Shown: positions 19,099 to 31,386 of the stretch, one piece after another | Layout of the letters: each line of letters begins with the position of its first letter | How positions within the stretch are numbered: the stretch's first letter is position 1 | Assembly (NCBI GenBank): GCA_965662775.1 | Contig: CBFIIW010000008.1 | Coordinates: 27,269-91,268, forward strand | Direction of reading: 5' to 3' | Length of the DNA: 64,000 nucleotides | Source: Alphaproteobacteria bacterium | GTDB taxonomy: Bacteria; Pseudomonadota; Alphaproteobacteria; UBA7985 | The notes under the pieces: model-generated | What the model was told of the DNA's origin: nothing | The model's input: the letters and a program-made list of their open reading frames with translations, nothing else | The model's database searches: none | Program-made: the position numbers and the translations under genes

Positions 19099-19564
19099 TC
19101 AGTCGATGTCTAGCGCGGGCAGGCGACGCACAATCGCCATCGTTTCCAGCGAGACGGTGATGACGCTGCAGAAGAGTTCCAGAGGGTAAGCAGGGTTGTT
19201 CATGGTTTCGTTGGCGTAGTCGTTGGCGTCGTTGGTGATGCCGCTGGCCTTGTCCGTTTTGACGCTTTGCCGTTCGACGACCCAATCCAGCGCAGCCTTG
19301 CCGTTTACCACGTAGTCGTAGGCGTCGAGTGGGATGCCCCGCAGCGTGATATTTGGGTTGTAGATAAGACTGGACCGGTCCTGAAATCCCCGCTTGCCCG
19401 CGTACTTCATTTGGGTAACACGATAGTAGGCAACGGGGTCGTCGATGACGGTGCCGTCGCCGTCGCCGTGGCTGTGCGCTATCTCAACGGGGTAAGGGTC
19501 TACGGTCTCAAAGTTGACGTGAAGATCACCCAGCGCCCGGCCTGCTGTACTGAAGCCGATGTCT
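19099..19564 (-). pseudogene. C-terminal remnant (about 155 codons) of a large restriction-modification/defense helicase-methyltransferase-type enzyme (type ISP / IIG-like conserved C-terminal domain)
   Basis: The frame is open from the stop at about 19565 down to 19099. The tail ...YYRVTQMKYAGKRG...IYNPNITLRGIPLDAYDYVVNGKAALDWVVERQSVKTDKASGITNDANDYANETMNNPAYPLELFCSVITVSLETMAIVRRLP matches, from memory, the conserved C-terminus of large SF2-helicase / N6-MTase fusion enzymes. No N-terminal body exists upstream, so this is a truncated fragment. Confidence 0.45.
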
Positions 19565-19893
19565 CAGACATGGAGTTCTTCATCGAGCAGGTGAAGCTGA
19601 TTTTGCCGGTCCTTGGCCTGGATTTCCTTCGAGCCAAACCCGCGCCCAAAGGCCAGGCACGTTCAGCGGCTGCAACAGATACGGCAGAAAAAGAAACCGA
19701 CTATTTTGCCTTGGTTGGCAAACGCGATGGTATTGAGGCGAGGGCTTATGAAAGTGACGGCGAATTTATCGTCTTGGCCGGAGCCAAAGTGCGAGGAAGA
19801 TGGGCCAGTAAATCCGTGCATGATTCTGGGTACAAGCGCAAACTTGAAAGCTTGATCGATCGAGGCGCGATTGCGGAGAAAGATGGTCGCTAG
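19562..19893 (+). pseudogene. DUF4357-type C-terminal domain ORF (probable remnant of a GIY-YIG/DUF4357-type R-M-associated protein)
   Basis: MEFFIEQVKLILPVLGLDFL...DYFALVGKRDGIEARAYESDGEFIVLAGAKVRGRWASKS...GYKRKLESLIDRGAI resembles DUF4357. The upstream part of the 19267..19893 track ORF is the antisense of the neighbouring remnant. This fragment abuts that remnant head-to-head at about 19562. Confidence 0.45.
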
Positions 19894-20234
19894 ATAACGA
19901 CTGAGGATCTCGTCTTCACCAGTCCCAGCGCGGCCTCCGCCATTGCGTTTGGGCGCTCATCCAATGGCCGAATATCATGGATTCACGAGACGTCGGGACA
20001 GACCTACGCAGATTTCCAACTGGCGACATTGGATGAGGCTTAGGTTGGATTCTGGGATGCGGTGCTTCTCAGTCTATCTGTACCCTCTGCCTGCTGCTGC
20101 GGGGTTGGCACACCGCAGCTGGAGAAACCACCTTATGCTCATTGGGTGACAGAAACGATAACGAGACGGCGAAAGCCGGCACCGGGGCAAAATCAGAGTG
20201 GCTGTTGGAAGTTCGCGGTCAAGCCATCAACAAA

Positions 20235-20324
20235 AGCGGGAAAATGGCGGAGAGGAAGGGATTCGAACCCTCGGTACGCTTGCGCGCACAACGGTTTTCG
20301 AGACCGCCCCGTTCGACCGCTCCG
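20235..20324 (-). tRNA. tRNA-Ser (anticodon CGA)
   Basis: Reverse complement: GGAGAGGTGCCGGAGCGGTCGAACGGGGCGGTCTCGAAAACCGTTGTGCGCGCAAGCGTACCGAGGGTTCGAATCCCTTCCTCTCCGCCA. The anticodon loop is CT-CGA-AA, the variable arm is long, and the CCA end is encoded. Confidence 0.9.
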
Positions 20325-20595
20325 GCACCTCTCCGCCGCCGTGTCTAGGCCAAAGCCGCCGCGCCCGCAACAGTCCCGTTCCACGCCTTACGCGCCCCAA
20401 CCATAGCCCCAGCGCGGCCCTCGGGCCCGTCATGCGTTGTTTACGGGCAGCAATGCACTGATAACAGGTCGTTTTCGTTGACCCCGACCCCGGCAATGGC
20501 TTAGGAAACCGGCTCTAACAACAAGCCAAGGCGCCCCGCGGCTGATTCGGCCGCACAGCAAGAGCGTCAGCTGCAACTGACAGGACAGCACACAA

Positions 20596-20910
20596 ATGTA
20601 CGCAGTCATCAAGACCGGCGGTAAGCAATACCGCGTTCAGCAGGACGACGTTCTGCCCATCGAAAAGCTCGAAGTCGAAGTCGGCGACAGCATTACCTTT
20701 GATCAGGTGATGATGGTCGGCGAAGGAGAAAAAATCACCCTCGGCGCGCCGACGGTAAAGGGCGCGACAGTGACCGCCGAAGTTATGGATCAGAAGCGTA
20801 CGCGCAAGATCCTGGTCTTCCGTCGCCGCCGCCGGAAAAACTTCCGTCGCACCAACGGTCATCGCCAGCACCAAACGGTGATTAAGATCACCGGCATCAA
20901 GGCGAAGTAA
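20596..20910 (+). CDS. rplU: 50S ribosomal protein L21
   Basis: MYAVIKTGGKQYRVQQDDVL... is the canonical L21 sequence. Confidence 0.95.
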   Translation: MYAVIKTGGKQYRVQQDDVLPIEKLEVEVGDSITFDQVMMVGEGEKITLGAPTVKGATVTAEVMDQKRTRKILVFRRRRRKNFRRTNGHRQHQTVIKITGIKAK

Positions 20911-23216
<2,306 letters not shown>

Positions 23217-23272
23217 GTCGCTCATCACCGCAAATTGAGCACCCCATTCAAAGAAAACGTAGGGATAGCGCC

Positions 23273-24541
23273 ATGGCGACGGCTAATCAACAGGACACGA
23301 TGAACAGCGTCGGAAAAGCGGCCAAGGCGGCGGCGCACAGCCTGTCGCTGGCCCCGTCTGTGCAGAAGGTCGACGCGCTGCAGGCGGCCGCTGCCGCAAT
23401 CAGAAGCCGCAGCGACGACATCGTCGCCGCCAACACTGTTGATATGGAGGCCGGCGAGGGCAAAGGCCTCAGCAAAGCTATGCTTGACCGCTTGCTGCTG
23501 ACACCCGACCGGATCGAAGCCATGGCTGCGGGTGTCGCGACAGTGGCCGAGCTCGACGACCCCGTCGGCCGGGAGTTATCCGTTACAGACCGACCCAACG
23601 GGCTGCGAATCCGACAGGTTGCCGTCCCGCTGGGGGTAATTGGGATCATCTACGAAAGCCGTCCCAACGTGACTGCCGACGCAGCAGCCTTATGCCTGAA
23701 GGCTGGGAACGCAGCGATCCTGCGAGGAGGCTCGGACAGCTTCAACAGCTCGGGCGTAATTCTGGAATGCATGCAGACCGGACTGGCGGAGGCGGATCTA
23801 CCGGTTGAAGCGGTCCAGCGCGTACCAACGGTGGATCGTGAAGCCGTCGGTATGCTTTTGCGCATGGCCGAATACGTTGATGTGATCGTACCCCGGGGAG
23901 GCAAGGGCCTGATCGAGCGGGTACAACAGGAAGCGCGGGTTCCGGTGTTCTCACACCTAGACGGGATCAATCACACCTTTGTCGATGCCGCTGCGGACCT
24001 GCCCATGGCAGAAAGCATCGTGGTCAATGCCAAGATGCGCCGGACCGGAATCTGCGGCGCCATGGAAACCATGCTCGTGCACCGCGATGTGGCGGCCGAG
24101 TTCCTGCCCCGTGCGGTCGCTGCACTGCGGGCGGCGGGTTGCACAGATATTCGCGGCGACGACTGGGCGTGTGCGCTGAGCGGAGAGCTAAGCCCTGCTA
24201 CCATTGAAGACTGGGACACCGAATATCTGGACTCGATCCTTTCGGTGCGGATCGTCGATGATCTGGACGCAGCCATCAGCCACGTGAACCGCCACGGCTC
24301 TCAACACACCGAAGCAATCATCACCGCTGACGCGAACGCCGCAGCCCGCTTCCAACGCGAGGTCGACGCGGCGATTGTAATGCACAATGCCTCGACCCAG
24401 TTTGCGGATGGTGGTGAATTCGGCATGGGTGCCGAGATTGGCATTGCCACGGGGCGCATGCACGCGCGCGGCCCGGTCGGCGCGGCGCAGCTGACATCCT
24501 ACAAATACGTGGTCGAAGGATCGGGCCAGACCCGGCCCTGA
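23273..24541 (+). CDS. proA: Gamma-glutamyl phosphate reductase
   Basis: 422 aa, aldehyde dehydrogenase-like (VIGIIYESRPNVT...) with a catalytic Cys region. Confidence 0.9.
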   Translation: MATANQQDTMNSVGKAAKAAAHSLSLAPSVQKVDALQAAAAAIRSRSDDIVAANTVDMEAGEGKGLSKAMLDRLLLTPDRIEAMAAGVATVAELDDPVGRELSVTDRPNGLRIRQVAVPLGVIGIIYESRPNVTADAAALCLKAGNAAILRGGSDSFNSSGVILECMQTGLAEADLPVEAVQRVPTVDREAVGMLLRMAEYVDVIVPRGGKGLIERVQQEARVPVFSHLDGINHTFVDAAADLPMAESIVVNAKMRRTGICGAMETMLVHRDVAAEFLPRAVAALRAAGCTDIRGDDWACALSGELSPATIEDWDTEYLDSILSVRIVDDLDAAISHVNRHGSQHTEAIITADANAAARFQREVDAAIVMHNASTQFADGGEFGMGAEIGIATGRMHARGPVGAAQLTSYKYVVEGSGQTRP

Positions 24542-24568
24542 GCCGGTTCAGGCTTTCAAACGCGCATC

Positions 24569-25093
24569 ATGCCCGTCACCAGCGATAGGCTGTTCCCCGG
24601 TCGCGATACAACTTGGTCCCCGGACCGCGCCTATCGTTACTTCCTGCGCCGACCGGCGGGGGGGCTTGACCGCGACAAGCCAGTGATCGCCTTCGTACTG
24701 CTCAATCCAAGCACAGCTGATGAGACCAAGGACGATCCCACGGTGGCGAAGTGTCGCCGGTATGCCGCGGGTTGGGGCTATGGTGAGGTGATCGTGCTTA
24801 ACGCCTTTGCCTACCGGGCTACAGACCCAAAGAACATGCGCGCCCACCCCGACCCCATCGGGCCGGATAACGACGCCACCATCCAGCAGACGGCAGACCT
24901 GGTGCACCGGCTGGGCGGAACCATTCTGTGCGGCTGGGGCACGCATGGCGCTCATCTGGAGCGCTCAGCGGCACTACAGAGGCTGTTGCGGCCTTATCCA
25001 CTCCGCGCCTTCACCTTGACCAAGCATGGCGAGCCAGGCCACCCGCTGTATCTGCGTGGTGATTTGCAGCCGATCGACTGGAACCCCAGCTGA
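24569..25093 (+). CDS. DUF1643 domain protein
   Basis: 174 aa with the DUF1643 motifs ...VIAFVLLNPSTADETKDDPTVAKCRRYAAGWGYGEVIVLNAFAYRATDP.... It lies 27 nt after the proA stop and was probably added to the proBA transcription unit. Confidence 0.7.
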   Translation: MPVTSDRLFPGRDTTWSPDRAYRYFLRRPAGGLDRDKPVIAFVLLNPSTADETKDDPTVAKCRRYAAGWGYGEVIVLNAFAYRATDPKNMRAHPDPIGPDNDATIQQTADLVHRLGGTILCGWGTHGAHLERSAALQRLLRPYPLRAFTLTKHGEPGHPLYLRGDLQPIDWNPS

Positions 25094-25153
25094 TTATCCC
25101 ACCGACAAAGAACTACCCGCCGCGATGGCACCTGGCGCGTCAATGGATGACGA

Positions 25154-26464
25154 TCAGAGGATAAACCGGCTCAGATCCGCATCCTTAGCGAGTTCTCCAA
25201 CATCTTCTCGCACCCTGGTTTCCGTGATCTGGATGGTTTCGCCACCACGGTCGGGCGCTGTGAAGGATATCTCCTCTAGCAGCCGCTCCATCACCGTTGC
25301 CAATCGTCGCGCCCCGATATTCTCGACCGTCTGATTGATCTCCGCCGATAGATCCGCAAGCGCGTCGATCGACGCCGTGTCAAATTCAAGGGTGACGCCC
25401 TCGGTTTGCAGCAACGCCTTATATTGCTTGATCAGCGAGTTCTCCGGCTCGGTCAGGATACGAACAAAGTCGTCACGCGTCAGTGGGTTTAGCTCGACCC
25501 TGATTGGCATCCGACCCTGCAATTCCGGCAGCAGGTCACTGGGTTTGGACAGGTGGAAAGCGCCAGAGCAGATAAACAAGACGTGGTCGGTCTTCACCGG
25601 CCCATACTTTGTCGTGACGGTCGTTCCTTCGATCAACGGCAGCAAATCACGTTGTACGCCTTCGCGGCTGACGGACCCGCCTCGAACCTCGGAATTGACC
25701 GCGATCTTGTCGATTTCATCAAGGAAAACAATTCCGTCGTTTTCCACCCGCTCAATAGCCGTGCGGGTCAGGTCTTCCTGGTCGATCAGGTTGTCGGCCT
25801 CTTCCTCAACCAGCTGCTCGTAAGCATCCTTTACCTTCAGCTTGCGCTTAACCTTGCGCTGGCCCAAACCGCCGAGCATTTCACCAAGATTGATCATCCC
25901 CATCTGTGAGCCGGGCATGCCTGGGATATCGAGCGAAGGCATGCCGCCGGATTTGTCGTTAAGGTCGACCTCCACCTCGCGGTCATCGAGCTTGCCTTCG
26001 CGCAGCATCTTTCGGAACTTCTGCTTGGTATCGTTATTGGCCTCCGCACCGGTTAGCACATCGATCAGCCGGTCCTCCGCCACAATCTCAGCCTTGGCCT
26101 TAACCGCGTTGCGCTGTTGCGTGCGGGTGCTGGTAATGGCCAGTTCGACCAGATCCCGGACGATAGACTCAACGTCGCGGCCCACATAGCCGACCTCTGT
26201 GAACTTGGTGGCTTCGACCTTGATGAAAGGTGCATTGGCGAGCTTTGCCAGTCGTCGGGCAATCTCTGTCTTGCCGCAGCCGGTCGGCCCAATCATGAGA
26301 ATGTTTTTGGGCAAAACCTCTTCTCGCAGATTTTCTGGAAGCTGTTGGCGACGCCAGCGATTGCGCAATGCCACGGCAACAGCGCGCTTGGCATCTCCTT
26401 GCCCAACGATAAAGCGGTCGAGTTCGGATACGATCTCGCGCGGTGAAAAGTTGGAGTGACCCAT
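25154..26464 (-). CDS. hslU: ATP-dependent protease ATPase subunit HslU
   Basis: A Walker A motif ([15 protein letters not shown]) and AAA+ ClpX-like features are present. Confidence 0.95.
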   Translation of the reverse strand: MGHSNFSPREIVSELDRFIVGQGDAKRAVAVALRNRWRRQQLPENLREEVLPKNILMIGPTGCGKTEIARRLAKLANAPFIKVEATKFTEVGYVGRDVESIVRDLVELAITSTRTQQRNAVKAKAEIVAEDRLIDVLTGAEANNDTKQKFRKMLREGKLDDREVEVDLNDKSGGMPSLDIPGMPGSQMGMINLGEMLGGLGQRKVKRKLKVKDAYEQLVEEEADNLIDQEDLTRTAIERVENDGIVFLDEIDKIAVNSEVRGGSVSREGVQRDLLPLIEGTTVTTKYGPVKTDHVLFICSGAFHLSKPSDLLPELQGRMPIRVELNPLTRDDFVRILTEPENSLIKQYKALLQTEGVTLEFDTASIDALADLSAEINQTVENIGARRLATVMERLLEEISFTAPDRGGETIQITETRVREDVGELAKDADLSRFIL

Positions 26465-26466
26465 TG

Positions 26467-27048
26467 CTATTTCTTGGCTCCTGCTTTGTTTTCCAGCTTT
26501 TCAAGGCGGACGGAGTGGTTGGTATAGACACAGATGTCACCGGCGACCTTCATGGCACGGCGGGCGATCTCCTCTGCTGTCAGATTTTCATCTTCAACTG
26601 TGATGAGCGCCCGCGCAGCGGACAGGGCGTAATTTCCGCCTGATCCGATAGCAAGCACGCCGTCAGCTTCGGCCTCCACCACGTCGCCATTGCCTGTGAC
26701 GATCAGGGAATGCTCGGCGTCAACCACGATCAGCATTGCCTCAAGCCGACGCAGGTATCGATCCTGCCGCCAGTCCTTGGCCAGTTCGACCGCCGCCCGG
26801 ACAAGCTGCCCGGGGTAGGTTTCCAGCTTTGCTTCCAGCCTTTCGAACAGGGTAAATGCATCCGCTGTCGCACCGGCAAATCCGCCCACGACGTCGCTGC
26901 GTTTGCCCAAACGGCGGACTTTAACCGCACTGCCCTTCATCACTGTCGGGCCGAGACTGACCTGTCCGTCTCCGGCAACCACCACTGCGTCACCCTTGCG
27001 GACGGACAGAATGGTCGTGCCATGCATCGTATGTTCTTCAGTGCTCAT
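26467..27048 (-). CDS. hslV: ATP-dependent protease subunit HslV (with a short N-terminal propeptide)
   Basis: [20 protein letters not shown]..., where the catalytic N-terminal Thr follows the propeptide as in other alpha-proteobacterial HslV. The track ORF (306 aa) over-extends the 5' end. Confidence 0.9.
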   Translation of the reverse strand: MSTEEHTMHGTTILSVRKGDAVVVAGDGQVSLGPTVMKGSAVKVRRLGKRSDVVGGFAGATADAFTLFERLEAKLETYPGQLVRAAVELAKDWRQDRYLRRLEAMLIVVDAEHSLIVTGNGDVVEAEADGVLAIGSGGNYALSAARALITVEDENLTAEEIARRAMKVAGDICVYTNHSVRLEKLENKAGAKK

Positions 27049-27193
27049 CGTATCGAAACTTCTCCAGTTCGGTAGAATGCCGTGCCAGAGACGTAAGGCG
27101 CGCGGGCCAGAGCCGCAAGGCACAGTAGTTGGACCCTTGCCCCAGAGCCTGCTAAGTAGGCGCGGAAAAACCGACTTCGATAGGCCAAAGTCC

Positions 27194-27799
27194 ATGACGT
27201 CCCCCGCCCGCAAGGCTGCCGTAACACGCAAGACCAATGAAACCGATGTATCTCTGTCCCTCAACCTCGATGGGACGGGTACGAACAGCATTTCGACCGG
27301 GATCGGCTTCCTGGACCATATGCTTGATCTGTTCGGCAAGCACAGCCTGATCGACCTGAACATTCGGGCGGAGGGTGACTTGCACATCGATGCACACCAT
27401 ACGGCTGAAGACGTGGGACTGGTGTTGGGTCAGGCGCTGCGTGAAGCGTTAGGCGACAAGCGCGGCATCAGCCGCTACGGGCACGCCTATGTGCCAATGG
27501 ACGAAGCGCTGGCGCGCGCCGTCGTGGATTTTTCTGGCCGACCACACCTGGTCTGGGATGCTCAGTTTGAAATGCCGCTTCTGGGCACTATGGAAACCGA
27601 GCTGTTCCGTGAGTTCTTTCAGGCCGTAACCAATGCCGCACAGGCGAACGTGCACGTTCAGGTTCTCTATGGCGCGAACAGTCACCACAAAGCCGAAGCC
27701 TGCTTCAAGGCCTTTGCCCGTGCCGTGCGCATGGCCGCGAGCGCTGACCCGCGAATGGCGGATCAGATCCCGTCAACCAAAGGCGCACTGGACGGTTGA
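27194..27799 (+). CDS. hisB: Imidazoleglycerol-phosphate dehydratase
   Basis: ...[22 protein letters not shown]...; an IGPD domain. The start is at the internal Met of the 26903 track ORF. Confidence 0.9.
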   Translation: MTSPARKAAVTRKTNETDVSLSLNLDGTGTNSISTGIGFLDHMLDLFGKHSLIDLNIRAEGDLHIDAHHTAEDVGLVLGQALREALGDKRGISRYGHAYVPMDEALARAVVDFSGRPHLVWDAQFEMPLLGTMETELFREFFQAVTNAAQANVHVQVLYGANSHHKAEACFKAFARAVRMAASADPRMADQIPSTKGALDG

Positions 27800-27802
27800 A
27801 CC

Positions 27803-28435
27803 ATGAAAACCGTCGTCGTCGACTATGGCTCGGGAAATCTCCGCTCGGCCGCCAAGGCGCTGGAGCGCGTCAGCACAGGCCCGGTTGAAGTCACCGACCG
27901 GCCTGAGGTGGTTTCCGCCGCTGACTATCTCGTTGTACCCGGTCAAGGCGCCTTTGCCGATTGTCGACAGGGTCTGCGCTCGATCGACGGACTGTATGAG
28001 GCCATTGCTGATTTTGCCGTGACCCGAGCGCGCCCGTTTCTGGGCATCTGTATCGGTATGCAACTGATGGCGACCCGCGGCCTCGAACATGGCGTACACC
28101 CTGGCTTTGACTGGATACCAGGCGATATCGCCCCGCTGCGGCCGACTGACCCAAGCCTGAAAATCCCGCAAATGGGGTGGAATGACCTGCGCGCAACCAG
28201 CAACGGTGCCAGCCACCCAGTCCTGGCTGGAATGGACGGTGAAAATGTGTACTTCGTGCACTCCTTTGCCTTCGAAACCACTCGCCCCGAACACCAGTTG
28301 ATGGTGACTGACTACGCAGCCGATGTCACCGCTGTGGTTGGGCGTGACAATATGATCGGCACCCAATTCCATCCGGAAAAGAGCCAATCAGTGGGACTCC
28401 GGCTGCTTTCTCAGTTTCTGAGGTGGACACCGTGA
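27803..28435 (+). CDS. hisH: Imidazole glycerol phosphate synthase, glutaminase subunit
   Basis: MKTVVVDYGSGNLRS...; a class-I GATase with the catalytic Cys (GICIGMQ). Confidence 0.9.
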   Translation: MKTVVVDYGSGNLRSAAKALERVSTGPVEVTDRPEVVSAADYLVVPGQGAFADCRQGLRSIDGLYEAIADFAVTRARPFLGICIGMQLMATRGLEHGVHPGFDWIPGDIAPLRPTDPSLKIPQMGWNDLRATSNGASHPVLAGMDGENVYFVHSFAFETTRPEHQLMVTDYAADVTAVVGRDNMIGTQFHPEKSQSVGLRLLSQFLRWTP

Positions 28436-28995
28436 TTAGCGACCAAACGAACACGGACCGCCACCCCCTCGGTGCCGATGCAGAGCTTCAGGTCGCGCTC
28501 ACAGAAACCCTGAGCGAAGGCGACCTGCAGGACCTCTGTGATGCCACGGTCGACGCCATCGTAGCAGGCGGCGGGTTCGGCTGGCTGTCTCCGCCGCCAC
28601 GCGATACGCTGGAACGATACTGGCAAGGTTTGCTGCTGATCCCCGACCGGCGGGTCTTTATCGCCCGTCTAGACGGGCTGATCGCCGGGTCAGTGCAACT
28701 ACACCTGAACCCGCGCAACAACGAAGCGCAGGCCATGATCGGCCGCATCACCACTGCCTTTGTCGCCACGTGGGCGCGGGGCAAGGGTCTCGGTCACCTG
28801 CTCATCGACGCGGTTGAGGCCGACGCCGAATTGATTGGTCTGCGCGCACTGATGCTTGACCTGCGCGAGACCCAGCAAAACGCCATCCGCACCTATGAAA
28901 GCCGCGGCTACGCCCGTTGGGGAACCCAGCCACAATACGCCCTGATCGACGGACAGTGGATCGCGGGGCATCACTACAGCAAGGAACTGCGCTGA
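28423..28995 (+). CDS. GNAT family N-acetyltransferase inserted in the his operon
   Basis: An acetyl-CoA binding motif (...[16 protein letters not shown]...) is present. It has a GTG start overlapping the end of hisH and ends 1 nt before hisA. Confidence 0.75.
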   Translation: MDTVISDQTNTDRHPLGADAELQVALTETLSEGDLQDLCDATVDAIVAGGGFGWLSPPPRDTLERYWQGLLLIPDRRVFIARLDGLIAGSVQLHLNPRNNEAQAMIGRITTAFVATWARGKGLGHLLIDAVEADAELIGLRALMLDLRETQQNAIRTYESRGYARWGTQPQYALIDGQWIAGHHYSKELR

Positions 28996-28996
28996 G

Positions 28997-29728
28997 ATGA
29001 TCCTGTTTCCTGCCATCGACCTTAAGGACGGACAGGTTGTACGCCTGCTTTATGGCGACATGAATGCCGTCACGGTTTACGGTGACAACCCGGGCGCGCA
29101 GGCCGGAGCCTTCGCTGAACTGGGTTTTGACTGGCTGCACGTTGTCGACCTGAATGGGGCCATCGAGGGGCGTCCGGTGAACCGCGCCGCGGTGGAGGCA
29201 ATCCGCGTAGTCTTCCCCGGCAAGATTCAACTAGGCGGTGGCATCCGCAACCTTGAAAGTGTCGAATCCTGGCTGACGCTAGGCGTCGACCGCGTGATCC
29301 TTGGCACCATCTCAGCCCGCGACCCCGACCTGGTGCGGGAGGCCTGCCGCCGCTTCCCCGGCCGGATTGTGGTCGGCATTGACGCCAAAGGCGGTAGGGT
29401 CGCTGTCGAAGGCTGGGTCGAGACGGGTGAAATGACAGCGCGGGAGCTCGCTCAAGCGTTTGAAACGGCTGGTGTAGCGGCCATCGTCTTCACGGACATC
29501 GACCGCGACGGTGCGCTCACAGGGGTGAACCTCGAAGCCACCGTTGCGCTGGCCGACGCCGTGTCCATCCCCATCATCGCCAGTGGCGGTGTGGCAGATA
29601 TCGACGATATCCGCGCCGTTAAGGCCGCCTGCGATGCGGGTGCCAACCTCGAAGGTGCGATCTCTGGCCGGGCGCTCTATGACGGCCGTCTTGATCCACA
29701 CGAAGCGCTGGCGCTGATTCATGCTTAA
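28997..29728 (+). CDS. hisA: ProFAR isomerase
   Basis: [17 protein letters not shown]...; a HisA/HisF TIM barrel. Confidence 0.9.
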   Translation: MILFPAIDLKDGQVVRLLYGDMNAVTVYGDNPGAQAGAFAELGFDWLHVVDLNGAIEGRPVNRAAVEAIRVVFPGKIQLGGGIRNLESVESWLTLGVDRVILGTISARDPDLVREACRRFPGRIVVGIDAKGGRVAVEGWVETGEMTARELAQAFETAGVAAIVFTDIDRDGALTGVNLEATVALADAVSIPIIASGGVADIDDIRAVKAACDAGANLEGAISGRALYDGRLDPHEALALIHA

Positions 29729-30494
29729 AGCGCGCGTCATCCCTTGCCTCGACGTTCACGCCGGTCGTGTCGTGAAAGGCGTCAATTTCGTCGATCTGGT
29801 CGACGCGGGCGATCCAGTGGAGCAGGCCAAGGTCTATGATGCCGCTGGTGCGGACGAGTTGTGCTTCCTCGATATTACGGCGAGCCACGAAGACCGCGAC
29901 ACCATCTATGATGTCGTTGCCCGGACAGCTGAGCAGGTGTTTGTCCCCCTAACCGTCGGTGGTGGTGTGCGCGCGGTCGAGGACGTACGCAGGTTGCTTC
30001 TCGCGGGTGCAGACAAAGCCTCAATGAATTCTGCGGCAGTAACCGACCCAGACCTGATCAACCGCGCCTCTGGCAAGTACGGCAGCCAGTGCATTGTTGT
30101 CGCCATTGACGCAAAGGCACGCGCAGACGGCAGCGGCTGGGACGTATACACCCGAGGCGGACGGCACAACACCGGCATCGATGCTGTGACATGGGCCGAG
30201 GACGCAGCGCGCCGTGGTGCGGGCGAAATCCTACTTACCTCCATGGATCGAGACGGCACAAAAATCGGCTTCAACCTTGACCTCACTCGCGCTGTGGCAG
30301 AAGCCATTCCGGTTCCAGTCATAGCCAGCGGTGGCGTCGGTGAGCTTGACCACTTCGTTGATGGCATTAATGAAGGAAAGGCCAACGCCGTACTTGCGGC
30401 GTCAGTTTTTCATTTTGGCACCTATAGTATCAGCCAGGTTAAAGCCCACATGGCAGCGGCTGGCATCCCCATGCGAGAGTTGAAACACCAATGA
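29721..30494 (+). CDS. hisF: Imidazole glycerol phosphate synthase, cyclase subunit
   Basis: [19 protein letters not shown]...; overlaps hisA by 8 nt. Confidence 0.95.
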   Translation: MLKARVIPCLDVHAGRVVKGVNFVDLVDAGDPVEQAKVYDAAGADELCFLDITASHEDRDTIYDVVARTAEQVFVPLTVGGGVRAVEDVRRLLLAGADKASMNSAAVTDPDLINRASGKYGSQCIVVAIDAKARADGSGWDVYTRGGRHNTGIDAVTWAEDAARRGAGEILLTSMDRDGTKIGFNLDLTRAVAEAIPVPVIASGGVGELDHFVDGINEGKANAVLAASVFHFGTYSISQVKAHMAAAGIPMRELKHQ

Positions 30495-30832
30495 CAGCAT
30501 TGACAGGAGAAACGCTGGATCAGGTCTTCGAGACGATCTCCAAGCGATACAGCGAATACCGAGCTGGTAAAACTGGCAAATCCCGGACAGCAAAGCTTTT
30601 TAAACGAGGATCAGCCAAAATTGCTCAAAAGCTTGGGGAAGAAGCGGTCGAAACCGTCATCGAAGCGATCAAGGGCCGAAAGGGTCATCTGATCGAGGAA
30701 TCTGCTGACCTATTGTATTTTCTGCTGGTCATATGGAAGGATCAGGGCATCGAACCCAATGAGGTTTGGAACGAGCTGCACAAGCGCCACAAACTACCCG
30801 AAGCCGAAGAGCGCGCTGGTCGGCTTAAATGA
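30491..30832 (+). CDS. hisE: Phosphoribosyl-ATP pyrophosphatase
   Basis: 113 aa; a MazG-like fold (...[13 protein letters not shown]...[11 protein letters not shown]...). Overlaps hisF by 4 nt. Confidence 0.9.
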   Translation: MTALTGETLDQVFETISKRYSEYRAGKTGKSRTAKLFKRGSAKIAQKLGEEAVETVIEAIKGRKGHLIEESADLLYFLLVIWKDQGIEPNEVWNELHKRHKLPEAEERAGRLK

Positions 30833-30885
30833 GACCCCGGTAGCGGCCTATCGCACCTTTCGCCCCCACACAGGAACAACAAGCC

Positions 30886-31248
30886 ATGGCCTACAATACG
30901 GACAACATATTTGCGAAAATTCTTCGCGGTGAAATCCCCTGCAACAAAGTCTATGAAGACGAGTTTGCGCTCGCCTTCCGCGATATTGCACCACAGGCTA
31001 AAGTCCACACGCTGGTTATCCCGAAGGGCGCCTACGTTAGCTTCGATGATTTTTCGACTCAGGCGTCTGATGCAGAAATCGGGGGTTTCATGCGTGCCGT
31101 ACAGGCGACAGCAGCGCTGGAAGGCGTTGTGGAGTCCGGCTATCGTCTGCTCGCTAACCACGGCGTGGACGGGGGGCAGGAAGTGCCCCATTTTCATGTC
31201 CACATTGCTGGTGGCGAGCGCTTGGGCGGACTGCTGCGGTCTGCGTGA
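30886..31248 (+). CDS. HIT (histidine triad) family protein
   Basis: Contains the ...VPHFHVHIAGG... HIT motif. Confidence 0.85.
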   Translation: MAYNTDNIFAKILRGEIPCNKVYEDEFALAFRDIAPQAKVHTLVIPKGAYVSFDDFSTQASDAEIGGFMRAVQATAALEGVVESGYRLLANHGVDGGQEVPHFHVHIAGGERLGGLLRSA

Positions 31249-31386
31249 GTCGACTAGACACAAACAGTGATAGAATTTTTGTGGATAAGATCGCGCATAT
31301 TTTTGGTGCGCCTTGTTTTTGCCCCGAGTCGCGGTTAGTTTATTGAGGTAATTCAATGGGTCGGCGGTTGCCGTCAGACCCCCTAT

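Noticed and set aside
19267-19561. The 5' part of the 208-aa plus-strand ORF 19267..19893.
   Set aside because: This part is the antisense of the minus-strand R-M remnant reading frame. Only the portion from Met 19562 (DUF4357-like) looks like real coding sequence.
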